Assembly (NCBI GenBank): GCA_977020255.1
Contig: CDROCS010003739.1
Coordinates: 1 to 64,000 of the forward strand
DNA from: Obrimoposthia wandeli
Lineage: Eukaryota
Direction: 5' to 3'
DNA: 64,000 nucleotides
The notes beneath the pieces were generated by a model. It was not told the DNA's origin. It ran no database searches and saw only the letters and a list, made by a program, of their open reading frames with translations. Within the stretch, counting starts at the first letter, position 1. Every line of letters starts with the position of its first letter. The position numbers and the translations under genes are program-made. This document shows, in pieces, positions 31,552 through 41,724 of this stretch.

Positions 31552-33353
31552 TAATCCCTTATTTGGTAGTGATAACCGAGCCATTCTTTAAACTTTTTTA
31601 CTACATGTAGGCTGTGGCGCAGTAGGTCTCGTTCGGCACGGCTGAGATCACTGACGCTCAATTGCTGGCTTTGTCCACCTGCTTGGTGGTTAAGCTGTTG
31701 GCGTAAACGGGTTTTGATAAAGAGTTTAAGGGCTTCGCTTAAATTAGATGCTGTGGCTGGCTCTAAGACTTTGCGCAATTCGAGCTGGTGAATACGTTCA
31801 AAAGTATTATTGGGTTCAATGTTATTTTCTAAGGCTAATGCGCGAATACCATGCACGATAGGAAAGATCCCACCCCGTTTAATGTCGATCCCTTGCTTGG
31901 TCGATTTTATTTTGCCAAACAGAGTTAAAGGCACACTGAACCGTAAAGCAGGGCGAGTAAAAGTGGATAACAACAGATCTTTTTCTGCTAACTGTTGATG
32001 CAAATAGGTTTGCAGAGGATTAAGCAATACGCGATTACCCGCGATAGCATGGCTATCGGCAAGTATTGCTAAGTCCATCATGGTTTCTTCGGTTGCTTGC
32101 TGGCATGAGCGACTAATCATATGCAGCCATTCACTTTGTGATTTCACCCATTTAGGGTTGTTCACCATGACTTTTCCTGGGCAAAGTGGATAGCCGAGCT
32201 GCTGTAATGTGAGGGTTAATTTACCCATGATATTGGCACAATCTGGCCAGTCGACACCATCTTGAATAATGAGTGCATTATCTTGATCGGTCTTTAAAAT
32301 CTGCTCACCACGTCCTTCAGACCCCATGACAATGAAGCAGCAATAATTGTGCATGGCTGGTGGCACAATTAATTGAAACGCTTTCTCGATAATTTGTTCA
32401 TTTACCGAGGCAATTAATTCCATAACAAATAGCGTATGAATGCCATTATTAAATAAGGTTGTTACCAAACGTTGCTGGCTACTGGCTGCTAACGATAACT
32501 CGTCAATGGTTTCTGCGCGTGCAATGCGTAATGTTAATACGTGAGAGTGGGTGGAAAATAAGCTCAAGACTTGGGTTAAATCTAACATGCCAACAACGTG
32601 CCCGGCATCAAGCACTTGTACCCGTTTCACTTTATGACGGGTCATCGCAATCATGGCATTAAATAAAAAATCATCTTTGTTGACGCTAATCACTGGCGTC
32701 GTGGCGATTTGACTAACAGGGGTATCAGAAGGTAATTGATCTAACATTACTGCATGCAGTAAATCGGTACGGGTAACAATGCCATATTGCGGTGTTGAAT
32801 TAAGAGCCACCAAAGCGGCATCAAAACCTTGGGCACGCATTTTTTCTGTTACCCGCTTTAAATCGGTGTCATGAGGCACAATGAGGCAGGGTTGAATATT
32901 ATCATCATCCACTTTTGTCAAAATGAATTCGGCGAGATTTTGTTGGCGCTGTGCCTCTTCAATTAAATTTTGACGACGTGCTAAATTGCTATCGAAATAG
33001 GCGGCGAATTGTCCGTTAGAACGGTACAGTTCGATAAAAATCTCACGAGGTAAGAGATAGCAGAGCGTGTCTTCTAGCGCGATATAATCATGACGGCTTT
33101 TACTCTCAAGCTGAGCGCGCACATCGAACATATCGTCAGTGACGTAATGGGCATAGGTTTCAGCACCATCAGAAGAGGTTTCTTCAACACCGCCTTTAAT
33201 AATAATAAACAAATAGTTGCAAGCTTCACCAGCCGTAATGATCTTATTGCCTTCACGGTAATAAGCGACATCTAATGCTTCTTTCAGCATTTTTTGCTGA
33301 GCATGATGAAGACGATCAAAGGGTGTGACTGATGTGTCGAATTTATCCGGCAT
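31551..33353 (-). CDS. cNMP-binding + CBS + DUF294 (GlnD-like) putative nucleotidyltransferase
   Basis: N-terminal cNMP fold (IIKGGVEE), CBS pair (GIVTRTDL), MGSEGRGEQILKTDQDNALI nucleotidyltransferase motif, IDIKRGGIFPIVHGIRALAL C-terminal domain. Confidence 0.9.
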   Translation of the reverse strand: MPDKFDTSVTPFDRLHHAQQKMLKEALDVAYYREGNKIITAGEACNYLFIIIKGGVEETSSDGAETYAHYVTDDMFDVRAQLESKSRHDYIALEDTLCYLLPREIFIELYRSNGQFAAYFDSNLARRQNLIEEAQRQQNLAEFILTKVDDDNIQPCLIVPHDTDLKRVTEKMRAQGFDAALVALNSTPQYGIVTRTDLLHAVMLDQLPSDTPVSQIATTPVISVNKDDFLFNAMIAMTRHKVKRVQVLDAGHVVGMLDLTQVLSLFSTHSHVLTLRIARAETIDELSLAASSQQRLVTTLFNNGIHTLFVMELIASVNEQIIEKAFQLIVPPAMHNYCCFIVMGSEGRGEQILKTDQDNALIIQDGVDWPDCANIMGKLTLTLQQLGYPLCPGKVMVNNPKWVKSQSEWLHMISRSCQQATEETMMDLAILADSHAIAGNRVLLNPLQTYLHQQLAEKDLLLSTFTRPALRFSVPLTLFGKIKSTKQGIDIKRGGIFPIVHGIRALALENNIEPNNTFERIHQLELRKVLEPATASNLSEALKLFIKTRLRQQLNHQAGGQSQQLSVSDLSRAERDLLRHSLHVVKKFKEWLGYHYQIRD

Positions 33354-33372
33354 GCTATACCTCGTTTTATAA

Positions 33373-33457
33373 CCTATGTCTTCTTATAACCGATGTATTC
33401 ATATAGCCTATTACGTCATATAACCTATTACGTCATATAACCTATTACGTCATATAG
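33373..33457. repeat. Tandem array of five in-register 17-bp units
   Basis: cctatgtcttcttataa / ccgatgtattcatatag / cctattacgtcatataa / cctattacgtcatataa / cctattacgtcatatag. Confidence 0.9.
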
Positions 33458-33491
33458 TCAGTGTCGCTGATGTAGGCGATAAGCTCTAGAC

Positions 33492-33501
33492 GACTTTAGT
33501 C
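33492..33501. promoter_or_regulatory. Putative CrbR box upstream of the DUF294 operon
   Basis: Perfect GAC-TTTA-GTC. Confidence 0.65.
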
Positions 33502-33690
33502 TATGAGTAATGCCGATTTTTTTATTGTTACCGTTGGTGAGGCATTATAAGAGGGGATTAATGTACAAAGTTTGGCATATTTAAAAGGGGAAAAAGAGAT
33601 TGAAAGATTTGCCTTATTTATCTTTGGGGTTATGGCGATAGGTTGGGCATAATGTCGGCATTATTTCCTATTATGCATTTTGGAATTGGC

Positions 33691-34878
33691 ATGTTTCGTA
33701 GTAGTCCCTATGGATGGACCTCGCAATATCTGTTTGGTTTTTTCTTCACGTATGGTGTTTATCTTCCTTTTTGGGCGTTGTGGTTTGCGCATTTAGGCGT
33801 GGATGCTTCTGATATTGGTTTGTTGCTGGGGTTAGGTCTTGGGGTACGCTGCTTAGCGAATGTCGTGCTGACACCGCGTATTCATAATGTTGAACACCTT
33901 ATACCAGCCTTGCGTTGGTTTACATTAGCCTGCTTGATTGCCTGTGTTATTTATATTTTCTGTGGCGGCAGTCTGTGGGCGTTAGCGGCGGTCACGGTGC
34001 TGTTTAATTTGGCTGCAGGGCCAATTATTCCACTTTCTGACGCATTAGCTAATTTCTATGCAAAAGGGAAACACCTTGATTACGGGCGTACCCGCTTATG
34101 GGGGTCAATTGCCTTTATTGCCGGCTCAACCATTGTAGGAATTTTGGCGGCTAAATATGGGGCGAGTATTATTCCTTGGGTTGCGATTGCAGGTTTAGTG
34201 GTCGCATTATTATTTTCAATGCGCGCACCAAGCATAATGCCAATTGAAACTGAGCATCATGATCAGCCCCGCCCAGCGTTAATCGATATCATCAAAAACA
34301 ATAGCGTCATGCGGTTTTTAATTATTGTCGCCTTGTTGCAAGGTAGTCATGCGGCCTACTACAGTTTCAGTGCTATTTATTGGAAAGAAGTCGGTTATAG
34401 CGAAGCCATTATTGGTTACCTGTGGAGCTTTAGTGTGGTGGCTGAAGTGTGCGTATTTGCATTTAGTCAGCGCTTGTTTGCTAAGTGGAGTGTCGGCATG
34501 ATGTTTCGTCTCGCGGCAGTGGGCGTACTATTGCGTTGGGGGGTAACCGCAACCATGACCGAATTGCCAGCACTGGTGATGGCGCAAGCGCTGCACGGTG
34601 TGACTTTTGCGGCGGCGCACTTGGCGGCTATTCGTTATATTCAGCATGCTAAAAGTAATCAGATGGTGGCATTGCAAGCTCTGTATAATGCATTGCCATT
34701 AGGTGCATTTATGGCAATTATGACGGCACTCAGCGGTTGGTTATATGGTATGTGGGGCGCGAATCTTTTCTGGCTAATGGCTGTTATGGGTATTCCAGTA
34801 TTACTGATGAAAATTGAATCAAAACCACACAGTAATGATCAGTCGTCTGAGTTAGAACACCCTATATCGACAAATTAA
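33691..34878 (+). CDS. MFS transporter (HcaT / 3-phenylpropionate-permease-like)
   Basis: YGVYLPFWALW, DYGRTRLWGSIAF, SHAAYY.FS, 12 TM helices. Confidence 0.88.
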   Translation: MFRSSPYGWTSQYLFGFFFTYGVYLPFWALWFAHLGVDASDIGLLLGLGLGVRCLANVVLTPRIHNVEHLIPALRWFTLACLIACVIYIFCGGSLWALAAVTVLFNLAAGPIIPLSDALANFYAKGKHLDYGRTRLWGSIAFIAGSTIVGILAAKYGASIIPWVAIAGLVVALLFSMRAPSIMPIETEHHDQPRPALIDIIKNNSVMRFLIIVALLQGSHAAYYSFSAIYWKEVGYSEAIIGYLWSFSVVAEVCVFAFSQRLFAKWSVGMMFRLAAVGVLLRWGVTATMTELPALVMAQALHGVTFAAAHLAAIRYIQHAKSNQMVALQALYNALPLGAFMAIMTALSGWLYGMWGANLFWLMAVMGIPVLLMKIESKPHSNDQSSELEHPISTN

Positions 34879-35029
34879 GAGAGTAAGACATTGTTCTTCT
34901 AGTCTTAATTACCCGTTTTTAAACGTATTACAGATCGGCACAGAAAGAACTGTGATCTACCCTGATTGGTGTACTTAATCAGATTGGTTAGTATGGGTTA
35001 ACTTATCGTTAACACAATCAGGAAGTATC

Positions 35030-38000
35030 ATGGCGCAAGGATGGATCGTCGTGCCGGTCTCGTTAGCCTATTTAGGGCTACTGTTTTTTATCGCGTGGTA
35101 TGGCGATAAGAAAACCAAATGGATGGCAAAATATCGCCCATGGATTTATAGCTTATCCATCGCGGTGTATTGTACCTCTTGGACCTTTTATGGCACGGTT
35201 GGTCAAGCCAGCCAAAATACTTGGTCATTCCTACCTATTTATCTTGCCCCCATCATTGTGTTTACCCTCGGTTGGCGCATTCTTGCCCGCTTGATCTTAA
35301 TTGCGAAGCGCGAACACATTACGTCTATTGCTGATTTTATCGCGGCACGTTATGGCAAATCTCAAGGATTGGCGGTATTAGTCACGATTATCGCCGTGGT
35401 TGGTATTCTGCCTTATATTGCTTTGCAGCTACGAGCCATTACGATGGGGCTTGACCAAATCGCGCCCAGTTTAGGCAGTGGGATTAGCATTAATGAAATG
35501 GATACCGCGTGGTTGGTTACCCTTGCATTAGCAGCTTTTACGGTGCTATTTGGTACCCGTCATATTGATACCACCGAGCACCATCGCGGCATGATGATGG
35601 CTGTCGCATTTGAATCATTAGTGAAACTCGCCGCTTTTTTGATTGTGGGTGTTTTTGCGGTGGGCTTGTTATTTGAATTACCTGATTTACAAGCGGTTAA
35701 AGCATCGTATTTAGCATCATCAACGCCAAATATTGGCAGCTTATTGATTCATACCATGCTAACGATGGCGGCGATTATTTGTTTACCTCGCCAATTTCAT
35801 ACTATTGTGGTCGAAAATAATCGGGCGCAAGATTTACATAAAGCCCGTTGGATTTTTCCGTTATACCTCGTGCTGATGGGGATCTTTGTTTTACCGTTGG
35901 CATTAGCCGGGCAAGCGTTGATGATGCCTAATGTGTCTGCTGATACGTATGTGATAAGCCTGCCTTTACAACAAGGGGCTGAAAGTATTGCGCTGCTGGC
36001 TTTTTTAGGCGGCACATCGGCTGCCAGTGGTATGGTGATTGTATCGACCATTGCGTTGGCGATTATGGTTTCCAATGACTTAGTTTTACCATTAGTTTTA
36101 CGCCGTTTAAGAGTGTCTGGAAAAGATTTTAATGCCTTCTCTGGGTTGTTATTGAATGTACGCCGTGCGTTGATTTTATTGTTATTATTATCAGCTTGGG
36201 GCTTTTATCAGATACTCGATAATATTCCATCGCTATCGGCGATAGGCTTGTTGTCTTTTGCTGCCATTGCGCAATTCGCACCAGCATTGTTGGGCGGTAT
36301 TTATTGGCGAAAGGGGAATAAAAAAGGCGTTTATGCAGGCTTGTTTGGTGGCTCGATCATTTGGGTTATTACCATGATGGCCCAAACAAGTATGTTGGCT
36401 GGTAATGCAGATACGAACGTTTTACTCTGGCTACTTACCCCACCACACTTACCTGTATTACAGACTATCACATCGGTTGATTGGGGCATGTTACTCAGTC
36501 TTTTAGTGAATATTGCCTTATATAGCTCGGTATCTTTGATGACTCGTTCGTCATTAACTGAACGATTACAAGCGGCAACGTTCGTGGGGGCCCCGTTACC
36601 TGAAGTTGAAAATTCGAGCTTATATCAGACGCGTGTCACCGTGGCAGAGTTAGAAATGTTGGCGGCCCGTTTTGTCGGTCGTAAACGTGTACATCATGCT
36701 TTTCGTCAATTTGCAGAACAACATCAAGATCCATTATTACCTCAACAGCAAGCATCTGGTGTCTTAATTCGGCATACCGAACGAGTGCTTGCTGGGGTAT
36801 TTGGGGCATCCTCTGCTCGGTTGGTATTAACGTCTGCGTTGCAAGGGCGAAATATGCAGCTTGAGGAGGTGGCCACCATTGTGGATGAAGCCTCTGAACT
36901 GTTCGATTTCAGCCGAGGTTTATTGCAAGGGGCTATTGAACATATTAGCCAAGGTATTACTGTCGTAGACAAGCAATTAAGGCTGGTGGCATGGAATCAA
37001 CGTTATCTTGAGTTATTCACCTTTCCGCCGGGTTTAATTCAAGTAGGCCGACCCATTGCGGATGTGATCCGACATAATGCGATGGAGGGATTATGTGGAT
37101 CTGGCGATCCTGAAAAGCATGTTGCTAAACGGGTAGAGCACTTGCTGCGAGGTACGGCGCATACGTCTTCCCGTGTTCGTGCTGATGGGCTGGTTATCGA
37201 AGTACAAGGTAATCCGATGCCGGGCGGTGGTTTTGTGATGAGCTTTATTGATATCACCGCTTTTCGTCAAGCAGAGCAAGCGTTGAAAGATGCCAATGAA
37301 CACCTAGAAGCCAGAGTACAAAAGCGCACCCAAGAGCTGGAACAATTGAATCGTCGCTTGGTAAATGCAACCCAACAAGCCGAGCAACAAGCCCAATCAA
37401 AGAGTCGATTTTTAGCGGCTGTGAGTCATGATTTAATGCAGCCATTAAATGCAGCGCGTTTATTTTCATCTTCGTTATCAGAGCTTGCGAAAGAAGATGA
37501 AACCATCAAACTGTCGCGCCATATTGAAAGTGCCCTCGGTGCGGCAGAAGATTTGATTGGTGACTTATTGGATGTGTCGCGACTCGAAGCAGGCAAGCTA
37601 CAAGTGAATGTTCATCCATTTGCTATTAGTGAAGTCTTCGATACCTTGAGCGCTGAGTTTGGTGTATTAGCAAAACAACAAGGCGTTCAATTTGCAGTAC
37701 TGGAAAGTAATGCTGTGATTGTGTCTGATCCTAAATTATTGCGCCGTGCATTGCAGAACTTTTTAACCAATGCGTTTCGTTATAACCCACATGGCAAGGT
37801 GTTGTTAGGCGTGCGTCGAATTAAAGGTAAGCTGCAGATTGAAGTGTGGGATAACGGCCCTGGTATTCCTCTTGAAAAACAGACTGAAATTTTTGATGAA
37901 TTCACCCGTATTCAAACAAGTGGTGCAGACCATGGATTAGGCTTGGGATTGGCCATCGCCCGTGGGATCAGTCGTGTGCTTGAACATCCGTTATCGTTAC

Positions 38001-38494
38001 GTTCATGGCCGGGGCAAGGCACTGTTTTTGCTCTGTCTATTTCTCGTGGAATATTAGTTCAAAACCAACAAACAGGGTTCCCTCCGTTAGCGGCAGAAAA
38101 GGCGGCACCACTGAACGGGGTGCGTGTGCTATGTGTCGATAATGAGCCTGAAATACTACTTGGAATGGAAACCTTATTGGTGCGATGGGGCTGTGATGTA
38201 CGTTTGGCTGAAAGCGTTGTAGGCGCAATTCAACAACTGGAAGACGGTTGGGTGCCAGAGTTCGTATTAAGTGATTATCACTTAGCCAATAACCAAACCG
38301 GATTACAAGTTTTACAGCAATGCAGTTTACGTTTGGGTAAAACCTTTAAAGGGGCTGTCATTAGCGCCGACCGCACCTCAGAAACCCAGCAGGCTATTCG
38401 AGGTCATGGTTTTAGCTTTATTAGTAAACCAGTAAAACCGTTGAAGTTACGGGCTTTATTGAATCAACGCATGAAAAATGCAGTAAAAACCTGA
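35030..38494 (+). CDS. crbS: Hybrid sensor kinase with N-terminal SLC5 transporter domain (SLC5-STAC-PAS-HisKA-HATPase-REC)
   Basis: YSLSIAVYCTSWTFYG SSS N-terminus, PAS (VAWNQRYLELF), SHDLMQPLNAARLF, DNGPGI, GLGLGLAI, REC CVDNE..DYHL. Confidence 0.9.
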   Translation: MAQGWIVVPVSLAYLGLLFFIAWYGDKKTKWMAKYRPWIYSLSIAVYCTSWTFYGTVGQASQNTWSFLPIYLAPIIVFTLGWRILARLILIAKREHITSIADFIAARYGKSQGLAVLVTIIAVVGILPYIALQLRAITMGLDQIAPSLGSGISINEMDTAWLVTLALAAFTVLFGTRHIDTTEHHRGMMMAVAFESLVKLAAFLIVGVFAVGLLFELPDLQAVKASYLASSTPNIGSLLIHTMLTMAAIICLPRQFHTIVVENNRAQDLHKARWIFPLYLVLMGIFVLPLALAGQALMMPNVSADTYVISLPLQQGAESIALLAFLGGTSAASGMVIVSTIALAIMVSNDLVLPLVLRRLRVSGKDFNAFSGLLLNVRRALILLLLLSAWGFYQILDNIPSLSAIGLLSFAAIAQFAPALLGGIYWRKGNKKGVYAGLFGGSIIWVITMMAQTSMLAGNADTNVLLWLLTPPHLPVLQTITSVDWGMLLSLLVNIALYSSVSLMTRSSLTERLQAATFVGAPLPEVENSSLYQTRVTVAELEMLAARFVGRKRVHHAFRQFAEQHQDPLLPQQQASGVLIRHTERVLAGVFGASSARLVLTSALQGRNMQLEEVATIVDEASELFDFSRGLLQGAIEHISQGITVVDKQLRLVAWNQRYLELFTFPPGLIQVGRPIADVIRHNAMEGLCGSGDPEKHVAKRVEHLLRGTAHTSSRVRADGLVIEVQGNPMPGGGFVMSFIDITAFRQAEQALKDANEHLEARVQKRTQELEQLNRRLVNATQQAEQQAQSKSRFLAAVSHDLMQPLNAARLFSSSLSELAKEDETIKLSRHIESALGAAEDLIGDLLDVSRLEAGKLQVNVHPFAISEVFDTLSAEFGVLAKQQGVQFAVLESNAVIVSDPKLLRRALQNFLTNAFRYNPHGKVLLGVRRIKGKLQIEVWDNGPGIPLEKQTEIFDEFTRIQTSGADHGLGLGLAIARGISRVLEHPLSLRSWPGQGTVFALSISRGILVQNQQTGFPPLAAEKAAPLNGVRVLCVDNEPEILLGMETLLVRWGCDVRLAESVVGAIQQLEDGWVPEFVLSDYHLANNQTGLQVLQQCSLRLGKTFKGAVISADRTSETQQAIRGHGFSFISKPVKPLKLRALLNQRMKNAVKT

Positions 38495-38520
38495 TGTAAA
38501 GGGAGGGGGGATAGATAAAA

Positions 38521-38549
38521 GAAAACGGAGCATAGTGCTCCGTTTGTTT
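38521..38549. terminator. Terminator between convergent crbS and SSS transporter
   Basis: aaacggagca-tag-tgctccgttt. Confidence 0.75.
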
Positions 38550-38606
38550 ATTCTAGCCAACGTATTTTTTACGTTGTGAGTTTCTTATATTTACAGGTTT
38601 CAGCGA

Positions 38607-40310
38607 TTAATGGTCGTGTGCTTCACCCGAACCTTTAGGGTAGCGAATAGATTCAACCATATCTTGAACATCTTGCGGTACTTCAGCGGTGAACTTATTA
38701 ACCACGATAGAAACGACGAAGTTCAGACACATACCTAGCGTACCAATACCTTCGGGGCTGATACCAAAGAACCAGTTATCAGGTGTGCTTGCCGCTGGGT
38801 TGATAAACTTGAAGTAGATGATGTACGAGGCGGTAAATGTAATACCCGTTAGCATGCCCGCAATCGCACCTTCTTTATTCATCTTCTTATAGAAAATACC
38901 CAAAATAATAGCAGGGAAGAAAGACGCTGCCGCTAAACCGAACGAGAAGGCAACAACCTGAGCCACAAATCCTGGCGGATTAATACCAAGGTAACCGGCC
39001 CCGACTATCGCGAGAGCTGCACCGACTCGCGCTGCTAATAGCTCTTGTTTATCGGTCATGTCGGGCTTAAAGCCTTTCTTTAATAAGTCATGAGATATCG
39101 AGGTCGAGATAACCAGTAATAGCCCTGCAGCGGTTGATAATGCTGCGGCTAGGCCACCAGCGGCCAACAATGCCACGACCCAATTCGGTAAATTAGCTAA
39201 CTCGGGGCTTGCCAGTACGATGATGTCGCGGTTGATATTCATTTCGTTACGCTCATCGCCCGAATAGAACATTTTACCGTCGTTGTTTTTATCTTCCCAC
39301 TTAACTAGGCCTGTTTTTTCCCAGTTTTTAACCCAGCCAGGTGCTTGTTCTGCCGACACACCTTGCATGTCAGAGCCGTTGATTGTCTCAATCATATTGA
39401 TACGAGCAAACGCGGCAACGGAAGGGGCTGTAGTATAAAGTAGCGAGATGAATAACAGTGCCCAGCCAGCAGAAATACGCGCATCTTTCACGCGCGGAAC
39501 CGTGAAGAAGCGAATAATAACGTGCGGCAAACCGGCAGTACCGACCATCAATGCAGAACAGATAAAGAATACGTCAACCATGCTCTTTGAACCATCAGTG
39601 TAGGCGGTGAAACCTAACTCTGTGGTTAATCCATCGAGCTTATCAAGTACGTATGTTTCAGACCCTGTTAGCGTAGAACCCAAACCAAGTTGTGGGATAC
39701 TGCTACCCGTCATCATGATTGACGTAAATACCGCAGGAACAAGGAATGCAAAGATGAGAACACAAAATTGTGCAACTTGCGTGTAGGTAATACCTTTCAT
39801 GCCACCCAATACGGCATAGAAAAATACGATACCCATACCGATGATGATACCCATATTGATATCAACTTCGAGGAAGCGGGCAAAGACAACCCCAACCCCA
39901 CGCATTTGACCTGCTACGTAAGTAAACGAAACGAAGATGGCACAAAAGACAGCTACCATACGTGCAGTTCTAGAATAGTAACGCTCACCAATAAAATCAG
40001 GCACAGTAAACTGACCAAATTTACGTAAGTAAGGCGCAAGACACAGTGCGAGCAGTACATAACCACCCGTCCAGCCCATTAGGTATACACCGCCATCGTA
40101 ACCGACGAATGAGATGATACCGGCCATTGAAATAAACGATGCTGCCGACATCCAGTCAGCTGCGGTAGCCATACCATTCGCAATAGGATGCACTCCACCG
40201 CCAGCAATATAGAACTCACTTGTGGTTCCTGCGCGTGCCCAAATGGCAATACCGATATACACCGAAAAGGTGATACCCACTAAAATAAACGTCCAGGTTT
40301 GGATATCCAT
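38607..40310 (-). CDS. Sodium:solute symporter (ActP-like acetate/carboxylate permease)
   Basis: NGMATAADWMSAASFISMAG, GTAGLPHVIIRFFTV. Preceded by the DUF4212 partner gene. Confidence 0.9.
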   Translation of the reverse strand: MDIQTWTFILVGITFSVYIGIAIWARAGTTSEFYIAGGGVHPIANGMATAADWMSAASFISMAGIISFVGYDGGVYLMGWTGGYVLLALCLAPYLRKFGQFTVPDFIGERYYSRTARMVAVFCAIFVSFTYVAGQMRGVGVVFARFLEVDINMGIIIGMGIVFFYAVLGGMKGITYTQVAQFCVLIFAFLVPAVFTSIMMTGSSIPQLGLGSTLTGSETYVLDKLDGLTTELGFTAYTDGSKSMVDVFFICSALMVGTAGLPHVIIRFFTVPRVKDARISAGWALLFISLLYTTAPSVAAFARINMIETINGSDMQGVSAEQAPGWVKNWEKTGLVKWEDKNNDGKMFYSGDERNEMNINRDIIVLASPELANLPNWVVALLAAGGLAAALSTAAGLLLVISTSISHDLLKKGFKPDMTDKQELLAARVGAALAIVGAGYLGINPPGFVAQVVAFSFGLAAASFFPAIILGIFYKKMNKEGAIAGMLTGITFTASYIIYFKFINPAASTPDNWFFGISPEGIGTLGMCLNFVVSIVVNKFTAEVPQDVQDMVESIRYPKGSGEAHDH

Positions 40311-40320
40311 AACTAACCTC

Positions 40321-40587
40321 TTAGTCTTCTTGTACGTTGAATTTACGATCGAGTGCATTCATGCGCACTACATAGACAAAAATCAGTACCACAAAGGTAT
40401 AAATGGAACCCTGTTGCGAGAACCAAAAACCTAATTTGAAGCCACCGATTTGGAAGTTGTTAAGAACATCGACAAATAAAATGCCGGCACCAAACGAAAC
40501 CATGAACCAAATAGTGAGTAGGTAAGCCATTGTACTGAGGTTTTCTTTCCAGTAGGCCTTAGCCTGCTCCTTGGATTCAAACGCCAT
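40321..40587 (-). CDS. DUF4212 small membrane subunit of SSS transporter
   Basis: AYWKENL..LLTIWFMVSFGAGI..GFWFSQQGSI. Confidence 0.9.
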   Translation of the reverse strand: MAFESKEQAKAYWKENLSTMAYLLTIWFMVSFGAGILFVDVLNNFQIGGFKLGFWFSQQGSIYTFVVLIFVYVVRMNALDRKFNVQED

Positions 40588-40685
40588 TGTCATCTCCTTA
40601 CACGTCATGTTAATAATCGCGGCAAATGCGCGTTAATAAAATGTTACAGAAAGACAATAGCAACGATCTCACAACTAAACAGTGC

Positions 40686-40695
40686 AACTTTAGTC
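40686..40695. promoter_or_regulatory. Putative CrbR box upstream of DUF4212-SSS
   Basis: AAC-TTTA-GTC, about 100 bp upstream of the start, same orientation as the other two sites. Confidence 0.55.
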
Positions 40696-40789
40696 GTGCT
40701 AAAAACCAAAAAATCGCCCAAAAATAGGCGATTTTGTGAGGTGAGAGAGGCATTTTGTATGTTAATGACTTGTTGTGTTAGCCGAAGGT

Positions 40790-41422
40790 CTAAGTCATAA
40801 GGTAAAAATCTTTAATACCAATAAGCAGGTTGTTGACCGCCACTGCGGCAAGGATTAACCCCATCACTCGGCTGATAATCGCAGCCCCAACATTGCCGAT
40901 ATATTTCTGGATCTTATTCGCCCCAAGCATCAAGAACAACGTGACTAATAAAACACTCAGCATCACCAATGTTGTGACTACTTGATCGCCCAGCGAGTAA
41001 CGGTTGTTATCCGTTAACATCACCACGGCCATCATTGCCCCCGGTGAAGCAATGGAAGGCACGGCTAAAGGGTATACCGCTAAACTACCGAGTTCAGAGT
41101 GCTGAACCTCTTGTTCGCTTAGTTTACATTCTTGATCTACTTTACCTTCTCCAAAGATCATGGTTAGGGCAAAAAGCAGTAGAACAAGCCCCCCCGCGGC
41201 TTGGAACGCAGGAAGGGGTATTTGCATCGCTTCCAGTAATATCTGACCGATAATAATAAAGAACAATAAAATGCCGGCAGAGATAGCAATAGCTTTTAGT
41301 GCGACTAAGCGGCGTTGTTGTGCATTTAGGTGGCTGGTTTGAGCAAGGTACACGGGCACTGAGCCGATAGGATCGACAACAGCCCAAATGAGGACAAACT
41401 GGGTGAGAAGGACGCTGAGCAA
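40790..41422 (-). CDS. MarC-family membrane protein
   Basis: VVDPIGSVPVY, VYPLAVPSIASPGAM, SRVMGLILAAVAV. Confidence 0.9.
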   Translation of the reverse strand: MLSVLLTQFVLIWAVVDPIGSVPVYLAQTSHLNAQQRRLVALKAIAISAGILLFFIIIGQILLEAMQIPLPAFQAAGGLVLLLFALTMIFGEGKVDQECKLSEQEVQHSELGSLAVYPLAVPSIASPGAMMAVVMLTDNNRYSLGDQVVTTLVMLSVLLVTLFLMLGANKIQKYIGNVGAAIISRVMGLILAAVAVNNLLIGIKDFYLMT

Positions 41423-41724
41423 AATAACCCCCTAAATTAAAATCGTTAATTGTGTGAAATAATGATGACTTTTTACTATTCTTTTCTATGATGTTAATCA
41501 TGTTAGCAAAAATATACGCTTTAAAGGGGGGATTTTTGATATTAAATTGTATTTAAATTTGTCAGAATTTAATAATTACCCATATTTACAGTGACTAAGA
41601 GGAGATTGTTGCTTTCTTTGTGGTTTTGAAGTGAAATTATGGTTAGGTCGTTATTTTGGTGTGTCTTTTGAGCGGTATATTCAGGTATTAACGAAGATAA
41701 ATTAATACCTGATGTTTTTATAAC

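Noticed and set aside
33373-33457. CRISPR-like array
   Set aside because: The units are contiguous 17-mers with no spacers, and there are no cas genes.
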